Positions 11,538-22,154 of a stretch of DNA of 52,836 bases are shown in pieces. Source of the DNA: a candidate division FCPU426 bacterium. Lineage in GTDB: Bacteria; Oederibacteriota; Muellerivitia; Muellerivitales; Muellerivitaceae. Both the position numbers and the translations under genes were made by a program. Numbering within the stretch: the stretch's first letter is position 1; every line of letters begins with the position of its first letter. Location: positions 1-52,836 of the forward strand of contig CAVYSE010000010.1 in the NCBI GenBank assembly GCA_963771075.1. The letters are read 5' to 3'. The notes below the pieces were generated by a model. It did no database searches and was not told the origin of the DNA. It was given only the letters and a program-made list of their open reading frames with translations.

Positions 11538-14500
11538 TTACTTAAGAATCAATAGTTTCCCGATGGTTCGGTTTCCATTAGCTGTCACGACCACGTAATA
11601 AAGCCCATCCGCCAGGTTTCCTCCCCAACCATCCTGCAAGGGCAGGGGTATGTCCTGACCGGGGTTCAACCGAAGGGTTGGCAGGGATAGGACCTTCCGG
11701 AAGGCCAAGGTGAAAATCTCGATTTTCACGTCGCTCGCCGATTGGATAGGCACATGCACAAAAACCGGTTGGTTCCCAAGAACCGGGTTCGGATAAACCA
11801 CCGGGATGGAATCAAAAGGCTCGGTGGCCTTTGGCGTGGATGTCCAAACCGCCGTCGAGGTCGAAGTGGGTTTGGGCGTCCAGGTGGCCGACGGAATCAA
11901 GGTGAATGTGGACGTAGGGGTGGCGGTAACCGTTAGGGTCAAGGTAGGCGTATTCGTGGACTTGGGCGTACCCGTGTTTGTGGAGGTAATCGTGAATGAA
12001 GCGGTCGCGGTGGGTGTCCCGCTGGAAGTGCGAGTCATGGAAGCAGTGGGGGTTCCCGTGGATGTGGGGGTCGAACTCGGGGAGTCGGATGAGGTGGCCG
12101 TGGGGCTCAATGTTTCCGTCCAACTCGCGGTGAGGGACGCCGTCGGCGTCATCGAACTGGTGGAGGTGGCAGTGGGAGTCACGGTGGGCGTATTCGTGCC
12201 CGTAAAAGCATGGGTGGATGTAAAGGTTCCCGTGAAGGTCGGAGTGGGGGTGACGGTTCCGCTCGCGGTTGGAGTGGTGGAGGGGGTGGGTGTACCGGTG
12301 GCGGTCATTGTAAAGGTCGCCGTGGAACTCGAGGTGGCCGTGGGGCTCAGGGTCGTCGTTCCACTCGGGGTCGCGGTGGGGCTGGTGGTGAGGGTCGAGG
12401 TCTTGGTATCGGTGTTTGTGGCGGTGGGGGTTGGGGTGGAACTATGGGTGGTGGTTGCCGTCGGGGTCCAGCTGAAAGTCGATGTCAAAGTCGAGGTGGG
12501 CGTCAGGGTGATCGTCGGGCTTAGGGTATGGGTCGGCGAGAATTGGAACGTATTCGTGGGAACAGGGCTATTCGTGATCGTGGAAGTAACCGTAAAAGTG
12601 CCCGTCGAGGTAAAGGTCGCGGTCGAACTGGGGGTGGGTGAAAAAGAATAGGTTGGGGTAAAGCTTGACGTCGGCGTTGGGGTGCGGGTCACGGTCAAGG
12701 TGGGGCTTGCGGTCGGTGTGACCGTGGATGAAAAGGTGGGGGTTGGGGTAAAGGTATGGGTTGAGGTCCAGGTGGCGGTCGGACTCGCGGTTGAGGTTGG
12801 GGTAACGCTGGGGGTCATGCTGTAAGTGCCGGTCGGTGTGACCGTGGATGAAAAGAGGGGGGTCAATGTAATCGTAGGGCTGGCCGTGGAGGTGGATGTC
12901 TTGGTGAAAGTGAAGGTCGAGGTCGGGGAATAGGTGGGTGTCAGAGTTACGGTATTGACAGGGGTATTCGTGAAAGTGTTCGTGACCGTTGAAGTGGGAG
13001 TGAATGAGCGCGTGGGAGTGAACGAAAGGGTGGCTGTACCCGTAACCGTAAAGGTGGAGGTGCCCGTGTTGACGGCCGTATTCGTGGAGGTTGCGGTCAT
13101 CGAAAAGGTTGCCGTGAAAGTCCGCGTCGAAGTGACCGAAAGGGTTGCCGTCCCTGTCGGGGTAGCCGTGTTGGTAGCGGTGTTGGTCGGTGTATTCGTA
13201 ACGGTGGGAGTCAAGGTGATGGTGGCCGACAATAGGAAGGTGGCCGTGGGAGTGGGAGTCAAGGTGAGGGTACGGGTAAGGGTGATCGAGGGCGTTAGGG
13301 TTCCGGACGAGGTGGAAGTGAAAGTGGCCGTGGGAGTGGCCGAATTCGTGTAGGTCGAAGTAGCGGTTAAGGTAAAGGTGTTGGTAGGAGTGCGGGTGAA
13401 GGTAACCGTGGGAGTGGGTGTACCCGTGATGGTGTGGGTGAAGGTCGAGGTATTGGCCGGGGTATTACTGAAAGTGTTCGTCACGGTGGAGGTGACCGTT
13501 GAAGTCCTTGTCGGTGTAACGGATGGGGTGGGTGTTCCTGTCGCAGTGGCGGTAAAGGTAGCCGTATTAACCAAAGTATTGGTAAAAGTTGCCGTGGGAG
13601 TGGGGGTGGGCGTCGAAGAGCGGGTCGAAGACGCGGAGGGTGTCGGCGTTCCTGTCGTAGTGGCGGTCAAGGTAGCCGTATTGGCGCTTGTATTCGTGAA
13701 GGTGGCTGTCGCCGTCGGTGTCGCGGTGGGGGTACGCGTCGGGGTCATGGAAAGGGTCGGTGTACCCGTCCAAGTAACAGTGAGGGTCGCCGTACTCAAA
13801 GGTGTGTTCGTAAACGTATTGGTCGGTGTTGCGGTTGATGTGAATGACCTGGTCGGGGTAAGGGTGTAAGTGGCCGTCCCCGTCACCGTATTGGTAAGGG
13901 TCACGGTGAGTGTTCGGGTTTGGGTCCAAGTGACTGTGGCGGTTGGCGTCAAGGTCCGGGTCGGGGTTACGGTCCCCGTCGAGGTCTTGGAGGGAGCGGT
14001 GGTGGAAGACGGCGTGGGTGTAGAAGTCAGGCACATGACCGTGACGGCGATGGTATTACTCGACGCCGGGCCACCCCCGCTCCAGGTCGCGGACCCATGG
14101 TCGCTGACCACCTGGCAGGAATCCGAGGCGTTGAAGCTGTAGGCCACCACGTAAAAAGTGATGGGCGCGCAAACACCGCCCGGCAGGTTGCTGACCACCC
14201 AGGTAATGGGAAAGCCGGTGGTATTGATCGGGTTAATGCTGACTGCCGACCCCGAGACAGTGACGGCATAAGCGCTGTAATTAGGCCCGTCCTGGGCCCA
14301 GCTCAGCGGATTCGTCACGTTATCCACGACGGTCACCCCATTGGCCGTGACCGATCCGCTCGAATTGCAGACATCGAGCACCATCGTGATGGGTATGTTG
14401 TTTTCGCCATACCCGGAGGTAGGCCCTCCGGTTGTTTTAGTCAGGGTGATATTGGGCGGAACCGTGGTCGGGGTGGGGGTGAAAGTGGCGGTAGGAGGCC

Positions 14501-15731
14501 CAGGCGTGGGGGTGGGACCACCCTGGCAGCTCGTGACGGGCGTAAGGTCGAAATTCTGGACATCCGTTCCCCAACTGGTCGGGGTAAAATTCCAATCCGA
14601 AATAAGGTCCGGGCACGAATTATAGGTCAGGGACCAGGCGGTTGATCCCACGATCCCCTTCCCGGCCATGCTCATGAGCCAACTGAAGAAACCCGAGTCA
14701 AACGCGCTGATATCCCCCGAAGAGGGTGGACAGGTGGCGTCCGGGCCGTATTCCCCCACGAAAACCGGGTAGCTGTTTGTGATGGACGTGGGGATTTCGG
14801 TGACCCAGGTGGTCGCGTTATCCCCGTCATTGGTTCCGTATATATGGGCCGCGAACATGACCCCATTGCCCGTGTTAGTGACCGAGGAGGCGGGAAGTCC
14901 GGCCAGGTTGGCGCACCAATGCAGCCCCCCCATCATGCAGACATTGTTGGCTCCCGCCGCGCGTACCGCGTTCAAGAGGGCCTGCATGCCCGGGGTTGAG
15001 AATGAGGCGCCCCCCAAGGTTCCGCCGTTCAACCAGATGTTGTATCCGGCAGTATCGGTGGTGCCCGGGTTGTCCTTACCCTGGTCGTAAGGTTCGTTGT
15101 AAAGGTCAAAGAGGACGGCCGGGTTATTGGCATAGGCCTTCGCCACGGAACTCCAAAAGGTGACGCCGTTCGCGTCCGCCATGGCCTGCTGTTTGGTGGA
15201 AGCGGCGTTGCCCCAGCCCGCACCGCAGGGCGCGGAGGCGGTGGAAGATTCCCCGGACCAATGCAGGTCTAAAATGACGTAAACGCCCACGCCCGAACAA
15301 TAATTCACCACGCTGGAAACATAGCCTTGGTAATTGGCCTCGGTCGCCCCGTTACAGCCAAACCAGTAATCCTGGTTGAGGGGCAGCCGGATGATCTTGC
15401 TGTGCCAGTTCGTGACCGCTTCCCCGGCCATGGTGGTGGTGTTTCCCCCGTTTCCGCCCGGCGGGCCCTCGCCGGTATTGGAAAATTCCAACCCGTCGGT
15501 ATCCACACCTTTTAATACGACGCAGGACCCGCCCGCCAAAAGGGAATTTCCGGATACCGTAAGTTGACTGGGTGCGGCGATGAGGGGGGTCATTTGGAAA
15601 AAAACTAGAAACAAGATCAAAAGGACACAAAGGACAATTTGACTGGCCCTCAAATAGGATATTGCTTTGTAAATGTCTAAAAAAACATCTCTTAAAACGA
15701 TTTGAGATGTGTTTTTTATCTTTCCAGTCAT
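11538..15731 (-). CDS. Secreted GH5 (cellulase family) glycoside hydrolase with DUF11-like domain, Thr-rich stalk and T9SS-like CTD
   Basis: GH5 motifs IIRLPL, VILDLHW, FDLYNEP (acid/base), AHIY and FVGEYG (nucleophile). CTD VYPNPV...LADGLYYVVV...GKLLILK. Confidence 0.9.
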   Translation of the reverse strand: MTGKIKNTSQIVLRDVFLDIYKAISYLRASQIVLCVLLILFLVFFQMTPLIAAPSQLTVSGNSLLAGGSCVVLKGVDTDGLEFSNTGEGPPGGNGGNTTTMAGEAVTNWHSKIIRLPLNQDYWFGCNGATEANYQGYVSSVVNYCSGVGVYVILDLHWSGESSTASAPCGAGWGNAASTKQQAMADANGVTFWSSVAKAYANNPAVLFDLYNEPYDQGKDNPGTTDTAGYNIWLNGGTLGGASFSTPGMQALLNAVRAAGANNVCMMGGLHWCANLAGLPASSVTNTGNGVMFAAHIYGTNDGDNATTWVTEIPTSITNSYPVFVGEYGPDATCPPSSGDISAFDSGFFSWLMSMAGKGIVGSTAWSLTYNSCPDLISDWNFTPTSWGTDVQNFDLTPVTSCQGGPTPTPGPPTATFTPTPTTVPPNITLTKTTGGPTSGYGENNIPITMVLDVCNSSGSVTANGVTVVDNVTNPLSWAQDGPNYSAYAVTVSGSAVSINPINTTGFPITWVVSNLPGGVCAPITFYVVAYSFNASDSCQVVSDHGSATWSGGGPASSNTIAVTVMCLTSTPTPSSTTAPSKTSTGTVTPTRTLTPTATVTWTQTRTLTVTLTNTVTGTATYTLTPTRSFTSTATPTNTFTNTPLSTATLTVTWTGTPTLSMTPTRTPTATPTATATFTNTSANTATLTATTTGTPTPSASSTRSSTPTPTPTATFTNTLVNTATFTATATGTPTPSVTPTRTSTVTSTVTNTFSNTPANTSTFTHTITGTPTPTVTFTRTPTNTFTLTATSTYTNSATPTATFTSTSSGTLTPSITLTRTLTLTPTPTATFLLSATITLTPTVTNTPTNTATNTATPTGTATLSVTSTRTFTATFSMTATSTNTAVNTGTSTFTVTGTATLSFTPTRSFTPTSTVTNTFTNTPVNTVTLTPTYSPTSTFTFTKTSTSTASPTITLTPLFSSTVTPTGTYSMTPSVTPTSTASPTATWTSTHTFTPTPTFSSTVTPTASPTLTVTRTPTPTSSFTPTYSFSPTPSSTATFTSTGTFTVTSTITNSPVPTNTFQFSPTHTLSPTITLTPTSTLTSTFSWTPTATTTHSSTPTPTATNTDTKTSTLTTSPTATPSGTTTLSPTATSSSTATFTMTATGTPTPSTTPTASGTVTPTPTFTGTFTSTHAFTGTNTPTVTPTATSTSSMTPTASLTASWTETLSPTATSSDSPSSTPTSTGTPTASMTRTSSGTPTATASFTITSTNTGTPKSTNTPTLTLTVTATPTSTFTLIPSATWTPKPTSTSTAVWTSTPKATEPFDSIPVVYPNPVLGNQPVFVHVPIQSASDVKIEIFTLAFRKVLSLPTLRLNPGQDIPLPLQDGWGGNLADGLYYVVVTANGNRTIGKLLILK

Positions 15732-15802
15732 GAAAAGGTAACCTTAATTAAATTGAAAGTGCTTGGGTTTCATCCAAACACTTAACTGCTATGAACCTAT
15801 GT

Positions 15803-15833
15803 AAATTTTCTCACTAAGGGGTCAAAAAGCAAG
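15803..15833 (-). promoter_or_regulatory. Conserved promoter-like motif upstream of Thr-rich gene
   Basis: CTTGCTTTTTGACCCCTTAGTGAGAAAATTT on the minus strand, near-identical at 21959-21989 and 34009-34039. TTGCTT-N16-GAAAAT with an extended -10 TG. Confidence 0.6.
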
Positions 15834-15939
15834 ATTTATACAGGGATTTTCACCCTATTTGAAAGGGCTTTCATGTAATTCCCAATTTTGAAATAGCGTG
15901 CCTATGCACAAAGCACTTGCGATTTACTCAGGTTTGGTA

Positions 15940-16140
15940 AGTGCTTATCTGATTCTATGTTTGCAAAGTTATCCCCCCCTTTTGAAAAAGGGGGTCAGGG
16001 GGGTATTAGTCTTTTTGAAATTGGCCTTCAGGGAAATTTTTCCTTCAAAAAATCAGGATAAAAACTAACTTCCCCCTACCCCCCTCTTTCAGAGGGGGAA
16101 GATTAAAAAATAAACCGCAGGTGCATTGCGCATAAGCATG
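15940..16140. mobile_element. MITE shell C, copy 1, with hairpin core
   Basis: Ends TGCTTAT...ATAAGCATG. Inverted homolog of 34234-34393. Core hairpins CCCCTTTGAAAAAGGGG and CCCCCTCTTTCAGAGGGGG. Confidence 0.7.
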
Positions 16141-16172
16141 TGAAATGGAATTTGGTTCTTTAGGCTGGGAGA

Positions 16173-19100
16173 TTACCGCACCACGACGATTTTCAGGGCA
16201 GTGTGGCCGATGAGGCCGCCCTGGGTGTTGTAGGCTTCCACAATCGCGAAATAGATTCCGCTCGCCACTCCCGACGCGTCCCAAGACGCCGTGTTGGTTC
16301 CCGAGGTGCCTGCCACGCTTCGCTTCACCAACTCGCCCGCCGCGTCATACACCCGGTATACCAGCGTCAGGCTCTGGGCCGAATCCGAGGTGAACTGGAC
16401 GTTATACCCTGTCGTTGGATTCATCAGGTTCGGCCTCGCGGTGATGGTCCCCATCCCCGCGTTCGCCGTATCCGACATCACCATCACGTGAGCGGTCAGG
16501 ATCGTCTCCGCCCCCTGGCCGTCTTGCTCCGACACCTCGATGAAATACTGGCCCGAAGCCACCACCGTCCCGTTGTCCCCCGTCCCGTCCCACACGATCG
16601 TCGTCCCGTTGTTGAGCGAAATCGTCAATTGGGCCGGGATGTTCCCCTTCACCGGGCCGCTCGTCGGCTCGAAACCCGTCGCCGACAACTTCAGCTGGGT
16701 CGTATCGGCCGGCCCGGGATTACTTGAGTAAACATAAAGGTTCCTCACCACTTCCCCGGCCTCGTTGTAGATCTTCACCGACACCTTGTAGACCGACCGG
16801 TTCACCACGATCGGCTGGGTCACGCTCGTGTCCGCCCCCATGTTGCTGATGCTGTCCACCTTCACGTAATACTGTCCGTTTGCCACCGGATTGCCCGTGG
16901 AGTCCAACCCGTTCCAGGTACCGATCGGGATTCCCAGGTAATAGAGGGTCGCGGAGCTTCCCGGCCCGCTCACGGCCGTGATCGCGCCCGATTGAAGCGT
17001 AAAGCTGTTGATGGGTTGGGAGTATTGGCTCACCGGAATGGATTCGATCAATTCCCCCGCCTCGTTATAGACCCCGACCTTTACCGTGTACTGGCCCGTG
17101 GTCAGGGTGTTGGCGCAGGCCGTCAAGGGCGCCGACCCCGCGTAATTGGCCACCGCGCAGTTTTGGATCGTGATTCCCCCCGCGATCAGGTTGTTCACCA
17201 TCGCCTGGTAGGTCATCACATACGTGCCCGGGGCCAGGGGCGAGGGCATTTGCCAGCTCATGAGGGAGGTCGCCGCGCTGTAGGTGGGGCTGACACCCGC
17301 CGGCGCGCTCCCGAAGGATGTAAAGGTCAGGTTGGCCGGCAGCTGATCGGTGACCACCATGTTTGAAAGGGTGTTGCCCGAAACGTTCAGGGTCAGGGTG
17401 TAAACGAGGGACATGCCGGCGCTCGCGACGGAAGCGGAAACCTGCTTCGCCAGGGAAGCCACCCCGACGGGGGTCGGCGTGGCCGTGGCCGTGAACGTCG
17501 CGGTGTAAGTCGGCGTCGGCGTCACCGTGGGGGTAAAGGTGAAGGTTTGGGTCATCGTCGGGGTCGGGGTAAAGGTGAAGGTCCGCGTAAAGGTGGGCGT
17601 GGAGGTAGCCGTCGGGGTGGAGGTGCTGGTCGCGGTGTTGGTGGAGGTAAAGCTGCTGGTCGCCGTGAAGGTATCGGTCGGGCTCGCGGTGTAGGTCGGG
17701 GTGTTGGAAGGCGTCGGGGTATTCGTCGCGGTAAAGGTATCCGTGATGGTCGGGGTGAACGGGAAAGTATTGGTCCAGGTGAATGTGACCGTCGGGGTCG
17801 GTGACGAGGTGCCCGTGGGGGTGTTGGTGGAGGTAAAACTGCTGGTGGGGGTAAAGCTGTTGGTCGCCGTCGGGGTGGGCGTCGGGGTGAAGGTATTCGT
17901 GGGTGTGACCGTATTGGTGGGTGTGCTGGTCGCGGTCCAGGTATTCGTGACGGTGGGCGTATCGGTTTCGGTCAAGGTATCCGTGATCGTGGGGGTGAAC
18001 TGGAAGGTGTTGGTCCAGGTGAAGGTGATGGTGGGAGTCAAGGTCACCGTCACCGAGGGGGTGGAACTGGAGGTCGGCGTGAGGGACGGGGTCGGCGTGA
18101 CCGAATTCGTCGGGGTGTAGCTGGCGGTCCAGGTGTTCGTGACGGTCGGGGTGGGGGTCTGGGTGAAGGTATCCGTGATGGTGGGCGTGAATTGGAAGGT
18201 GTTGGTCCAGGTGGAGGTGATGGTGGGGGTCAAGGTCAGGGTGACGGTGGGGGTAGCGGTGTAGGTCAGGGTGTTCGTCGAGGTAAAGCTATTGGTCGGC
18301 GTGACCGTGGGAGTCACGGTGTAGCTAGAGGTAGGCGTCAAGGTATAGGTGGAGGTGTTGGAGGGGGTGGAGGTTGGCGTGACCGTTGGGGTACTCGTAT
18401 TCGTGACCGTATTCGAGGCGGTGGGAGTCTGCGTCACGGTGGGGGTGTTGGTAATGGTCAGCGTATAGACGGAAGTTTGGGTCCAGGTCGATGTCACGGT
18501 GGGAGTCTGCGTGATGGTAACCGTCGGGGTAACGGTAAAGGTCGGGGTATGGGTCGGGGTAGGGGTATTGGTCGGCGTGGCTGTGGCCGTCGGGGTAAAG
18601 GTATTGGTGGAGGTAACGGTATTGGTCGAGGTAAAGGTCGCGGTGGACGTATTGGTGACCGTATAGGTGTTGGTGGGGGTGACGGTGGGGGTTGGGGTGC
18701 GGGTCATGGTGGAAGTCGGGGTGGGAGTCGAAGTAATGGTGGGGGTGTTTGTGATGGTCAGCGTATAAACGGAAGTGTTGGTCCAGGTCGATGTCACGGT
18801 GGGGGTCAAGGTGATCGTGACCGTGGGGGTGACCGTCGGCGTCAGGGTGGGGGTGGAGGTGAAGGTGTTGGTGGGGGTCACGGTATAGGTTGAGGTATTG
18901 GTCCGGGTGGGGGTCGGCGTGGAGGTCGGTGTATTGGTGGGGGTTACGGTGTTAGTGACGGTATTGGTCGCGGTATTGGTATTGGTGACGGTGTTGGTCA
19001 CCGTGGGCGTCACGGTGGGAGTGACGGTGTTGGTATTGGTCGGAGTGACGGTGGGAGTGGCGGTGGGGGTATTGGTGCGCGTATAGGTATTCGTGGAAGT

Positions 19101-21899
19101 GGGGGTCAAGGTGACCGTAGGGGTCAGGGTGACCGTAAGAGTGAAGATGGAGGTATTGGTGGGAGTGGATGTGATAGTCGGGGTCAGGGTGACCGTCACC
19201 GTGGGGGTCACGGTGGGAGTGCGGGTCTGGGTGTTCGTGGGCGTGCTGGTGGGTGTGAAGGTATGGGTGGGGGTGACGGTGGGAGTTACCGTATTGGTGT
19301 AGGTGAATGTGACCGTGTTCGTGTTGGTCGGCGTCACGGTCGGAGTATTGGTGGGGGTCACCGTATTAGTCCTTGTAGGCGTTACGGTGGGTGTGAAGGT
19401 ATTCGTCACCGTAAAGGTATTCGTCGGGGTCACGGTAGGAGTCATCGTATTGGTATTGGTGGGAGTCATCGTGTTGGTGTTGGTGGGCGTCACGGTTGGG
19501 GTGTTCGTGGGGGTCACCGTATTGGTCTTGGTGGGAGTCACCGTAGGAGTGTAGGTATTGGTCGCCGTATAGGTATTCGTTGGCGTTACCGTGGGCGTAT
19601 AGGTGGGCGTAGTGGTCGGGGTATTGGTGGGGGTCACCGTATTCGTCTTGGTGGGAGTCACCGTGGAGGTGTAGGTATTGGTCGCCGTATAGGTATTCGT
19701 GGGAGTCACTGTGGGCGTATTGGTAGGCGTAGCCGTCGGGGTATTGGTGGGGGTCACCGTATTGGTTTTTGTGGGAGTCACCGTGGGAGTGAAGGTATTG
19801 GTGACCGTATAGGTATTCGTTGGCGTCACCGTGGGCGTATAGGTGGGAGTCGCGGTCGGGGTATTGGTGGGGGTAACCGTATTAGTTCTTGTAGGCGTTA
19901 CGGTGGGTGTGAAGGTATTGGTAACCGTATAGGTGTTCGTCGGGGTCACCGTGGGAGTGTTGGTATTCGTATTGGTATTGGTAGGGGTCACCGTGGGGGT
20001 GGGGGTGTTGGTTTTCGTTGGCGTCAAGGTGGGGGTGTTGGTGGGGGTATTTGTGGGTGTATTGGTGGGGGTATGGGTTGGCGTGTTGGTGTTCGTTGGG
20101 GTGGGGGTGGGGGTATAGGTATTGGTGCGGGTCGGCGTGGGGCTGGGGGTGGGAGTAGGCGTAGGTGTGTTCGTGGGGGTCAGGGTGGGGGTGAGAGTGG
20201 GCGTGTTGGTGGGAGTATTCGTTCGGGTCATGGTGATCGTGGGGGTCGGTGATGGGGTCGGCGTCCTCGAGGGCGTGTTGGTTTGGGTTACGGTTGGTGT
20301 TTGGGTGAAGGTATTGGTGGAGCAAAGGGCTGTGACCGCGATGGTATTGCTGATAACCGACGCCCCGGCTGACGGCCAGATGGCCGAACCAAAGTCGGAC
20401 AACGTGACGCAGGAAACACCGTTTCCATAGCTCGTTTCGATGAAGGTCAAGGGCGCGCAAAGTCCCGGAAGAAGGTTGGTGATATACCACTGGGGTGGGC
20501 CCGAGGATGTGTTGAAAAAGCTCACCGGCGTCGTTCCCACTGTCTCCACCCAATTACCGTAAGGTCCACCATAGGACATGTTGGTGTAATTGGTCGTAAA
20601 ATCCGTAATGGTAACCGCGTTACCGGTGCCGCCCGAATTCGAGGCGCAGATGTTGAGGATAAAGGTCAAGGGTTGCGAACCATTAAACCCCGAAGGGTTC
20701 AACACGGATTTGCTGAGGGTAATGATGGGGGGGATGATCACTTGAGTGTAGGTCACCGTGTTCGACGTCTTGTTGCCCGTGGGCCAAGTCACCGAAGCCT
20801 GGTCCACCAGGGTCATCCCGCAGCTCGAAACCGTGTCCTGGGTATCGAAAAGCTGGGCGGTCATGGTGGCACAGCCATTTCCGAAGTTGGGAAACACCAT
20901 CTGGCCATTCGAGACGGACGGCTCGTTCGCCAGCCCGTCCGAGGACCCGTAGTAGCAAATGGAATAGGGCTCATAGACGTCCCCATAACCCCAGCATTGA
21001 AACTGGAAGCTCCCGCAATTATTGTTGGGAATGTCCGTGGCGGAGATGTTGGTCAATATGTTGTCCGACACCGTGGTGGGGCCGCTCGTCACCGGCATTC
21101 CGGAATTGCAAACCACGATGTTGTAATCGAGAGTCACCCCCCCGCTGTTCGTCGTGGCGCTGGAAAGGCTTTTGGTGATCGTAAAATTGGGCGGGCCCAG
21201 CGTGGGCGAGGGAGCGGGAATGGTCGTGCATTGCTGCCAGAAAAGGGCCCCGTCGGAATTGGAACCGCTGTAATCGCCTGAACAGTTGTTCGCGACAAAA
21301 GGAATGACCTTGCCCGTCACCGGGTTGTAAATGGGATTGGCCCAGGTCGAGGCGGTCACCGCGCAATCGGTAGTCGTCCAGCCATTGCTGAAGTTGGGAT
21401 TCGTCCATGAATTGCCGCTGCCGTCGTTGACCGGTGTCGGCGCCGGATTTCCGCTGAAGAGACATAATCCACTGAAATGCCGGATTCCCGAACTGGTGAT
21501 TTCCGAGTGGCCGCCGCCGGAACAGGTGATGTCCAAATCCCATGAGCTGAAAAGGTCTTCCGGGTTGGTGTTCTGGGTTTCCACGGCCAGGCAAATCGTG
21601 GCGGTCGTCAACAAGGCGGTCGATACCGTCACGCAAGAGGGATCGCCCGCCCCGTTGGTCCCTGGCGCGCCGGCATAGGGGAATGTGCCGAGCGATGTTC
21701 CCGCCAACCATATATAAGTGATGTCATCGCCGCTCGCGCAAAGCGAGGCGGCGGTGGGGGTACATTGGGCATGCAGCCTTGGGGCAAAAATGAGCAGAGC
21801 TATGGGAATGAGGGAAATTCCCAAAAAATTCTTTTTCGGGCCCATTAACCGGTTAAATATATTTTTCAAAATAATTCTTCTCATGATCTCCAAATCCAT
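16173..21899 (-). CDS. Secreted Thr-rich protein 4 (1908 aa): DD head, two DUF11-like domains, ~950-aa stalk, DUF11 plus three FlgD-Ig repeats
   Basis: Signal peptide ..APRLHA/Q and SGDD motif. C-terminal repeats [34 protein letters not shown] and [25 protein letters not shown]. Confidence 0.9.
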   Translation of the reverse strand: MDLEIMRRIILKNIFNRLMGPKKNFLGISLIPIALLIFAPRLHAQCTPTAASLCASGDDITYIWLAGTSLGTFPYAGAPGTNGAGDPSCVTVSTALLTTATICLAVETQNTNPEDLFSSWDLDITCSGGGHSEITSSGIRHFSGLCLFSGNPAPTPVNDGSGNSWTNPNFSNGWTTTDCAVTASTWANPIYNPVTGKVIPFVANNCSGDYSGSNSDGALFWQQCTTIPAPSPTLGPPNFTITKSLSSATTNSGGVTLDYNIVVCNSGMPVTSGPTTVSDNILTNISATDIPNNNCGSFQFQCWGYGDVYEPYSICYYGSSDGLANEPSVSNGQMVFPNFGNGCATMTAQLFDTQDTVSSCGMTLVDQASVTWPTGNKTSNTVTYTQVIIPPIITLSKSVLNPSGFNGSQPLTFILNICASNSGGTGNAVTITDFTTNYTNMSYGGPYGNWVETVGTTPVSFFNTSSGPPQWYITNLLPGLCAPLTFIETSYGNGVSCVTLSDFGSAIWPSAGASVISNTIAVTALCSTNTFTQTPTVTQTNTPSRTPTPSPTPTITMTRTNTPTNTPTLTPTLTPTNTPTPTPTPSPTPTRTNTYTPTPTPTNTNTPTHTPTNTPTNTPTNTPTLTPTKTNTPTPTVTPTNTNTNTNTPTVTPTNTYTVTNTFTPTVTPTRTNTVTPTNTPTATPTYTPTVTPTNTYTVTNTFTPTVTPTKTNTVTPTNTPTATPTNTPTVTPTNTYTATNTYTSTVTPTKTNTVTPTNTPTTTPTYTPTVTPTNTYTATNTYTPTVTPTKTNTVTPTNTPTVTPTNTNTMTPTNTNTMTPTVTPTNTFTVTNTFTPTVTPTRTNTVTPTNTPTVTPTNTNTVTFTYTNTVTPTVTPTHTFTPTSTPTNTQTRTPTVTPTVTVTLTPTITSTPTNTSIFTLTVTLTPTVTLTPTSTNTYTRTNTPTATPTVTPTNTNTVTPTVTPTVTNTVTNTNTATNTVTNTVTPTNTPTSTPTPTRTNTSTYTVTPTNTFTSTPTLTPTVTPTVTITLTPTVTSTWTNTSVYTLTITNTPTITSTPTPTSTMTRTPTPTVTPTNTYTVTNTSTATFTSTNTVTSTNTFTPTATATPTNTPTPTHTPTFTVTPTVTITQTPTVTSTWTQTSVYTLTITNTPTVTQTPTASNTVTNTSTPTVTPTSTPSNTSTYTLTPTSSYTVTPTVTPTNSFTSTNTLTYTATPTVTLTLTPTITSTWTNTFQFTPTITDTFTQTPTPTVTNTWTASYTPTNSVTPTPSLTPTSSSTPSVTVTLTPTITFTWTNTFQFTPTITDTLTETDTPTVTNTWTATSTPTNTVTPTNTFTPTPTPTATNSFTPTSSFTSTNTPTGTSSPTPTVTFTWTNTFPFTPTITDTFTATNTPTPSNTPTYTASPTDTFTATSSFTSTNTATSTSTPTATSTPTFTRTFTFTPTPTMTQTFTFTPTVTPTPTYTATFTATATPTPVGVASLAKQVSASVASAGMSLVYTLTLNVSGNTLSNMVVTDQLPANLTFTSFGSAPAGVSPTYSAATSLMSWQMPSPLAPGTYVMTYQAMVNNLIAGGITIQNCAVANYAGSAPLTACANTLTTGQYTVKVGVYNEAGELIESIPVSQYSQPINSFTLQSGAITAVSGPGSSATLYYLGIPIGTWNGLDSTGNPVANGQYYVKVDSISNMGADTSVTQPIVVNRSVYKVSVKIYNEAGEVVRNLYVYSSNPGPADTTQLKLSATGFEPTSGPVKGNIPAQLTISLNNGTTIVWDGTGDNGTVVASGQYFIEVSEQDGQGAETILTAHVMVMSDTANAGMGTITARPNLMNPTTGYNVQFTSDSAQSLTLVYRVYDAAGELVKRSVAGTSGTNTASWDASGVASGIYFAIVEAYNTQGGLIGHTALKIVVVR

Positions 21900-21958
21900 A
21901 AAGAAGTTAATTACTCGTCATTTGTACGATAAAGCTAAAAACGTTTTTAACCTCACAC

Positions 21959-21989
21959 AAATTCTCTCACCTAAAGGTTAAAAATCAAT
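21959..21989 (-). promoter_or_regulatory. Conserved promoter-like motif
   Basis: ATTGATTTTTAACCTTTAGGTGAGAGAATTT on the minus strand, homologous to the 15803 and 34009 motifs. Confidence 0.55.
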
Positions 21990-22154
21990 AATTCTCCTAT
22001 ATTTTCACGATAATATGGTAACGCTTTTCCCTATTATATCGTTAATATTGGCATCAAATATGTGTGGATTTTAATCGAAGAACAAAACCACTCTAAATTT
22101 CACACAATGGTTTGTGTTACCTGCACCACAATGGTTTTATTTAAAAAGTTAACT

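Noticed and set aside
17460..20320. InaZ-type ice nucleation protein
   Set aside because: It lacks the AGYGSTxT 16-residue repeats and is Pro-rich. Only a generic TxT resemblance is kept as a hypothesis.
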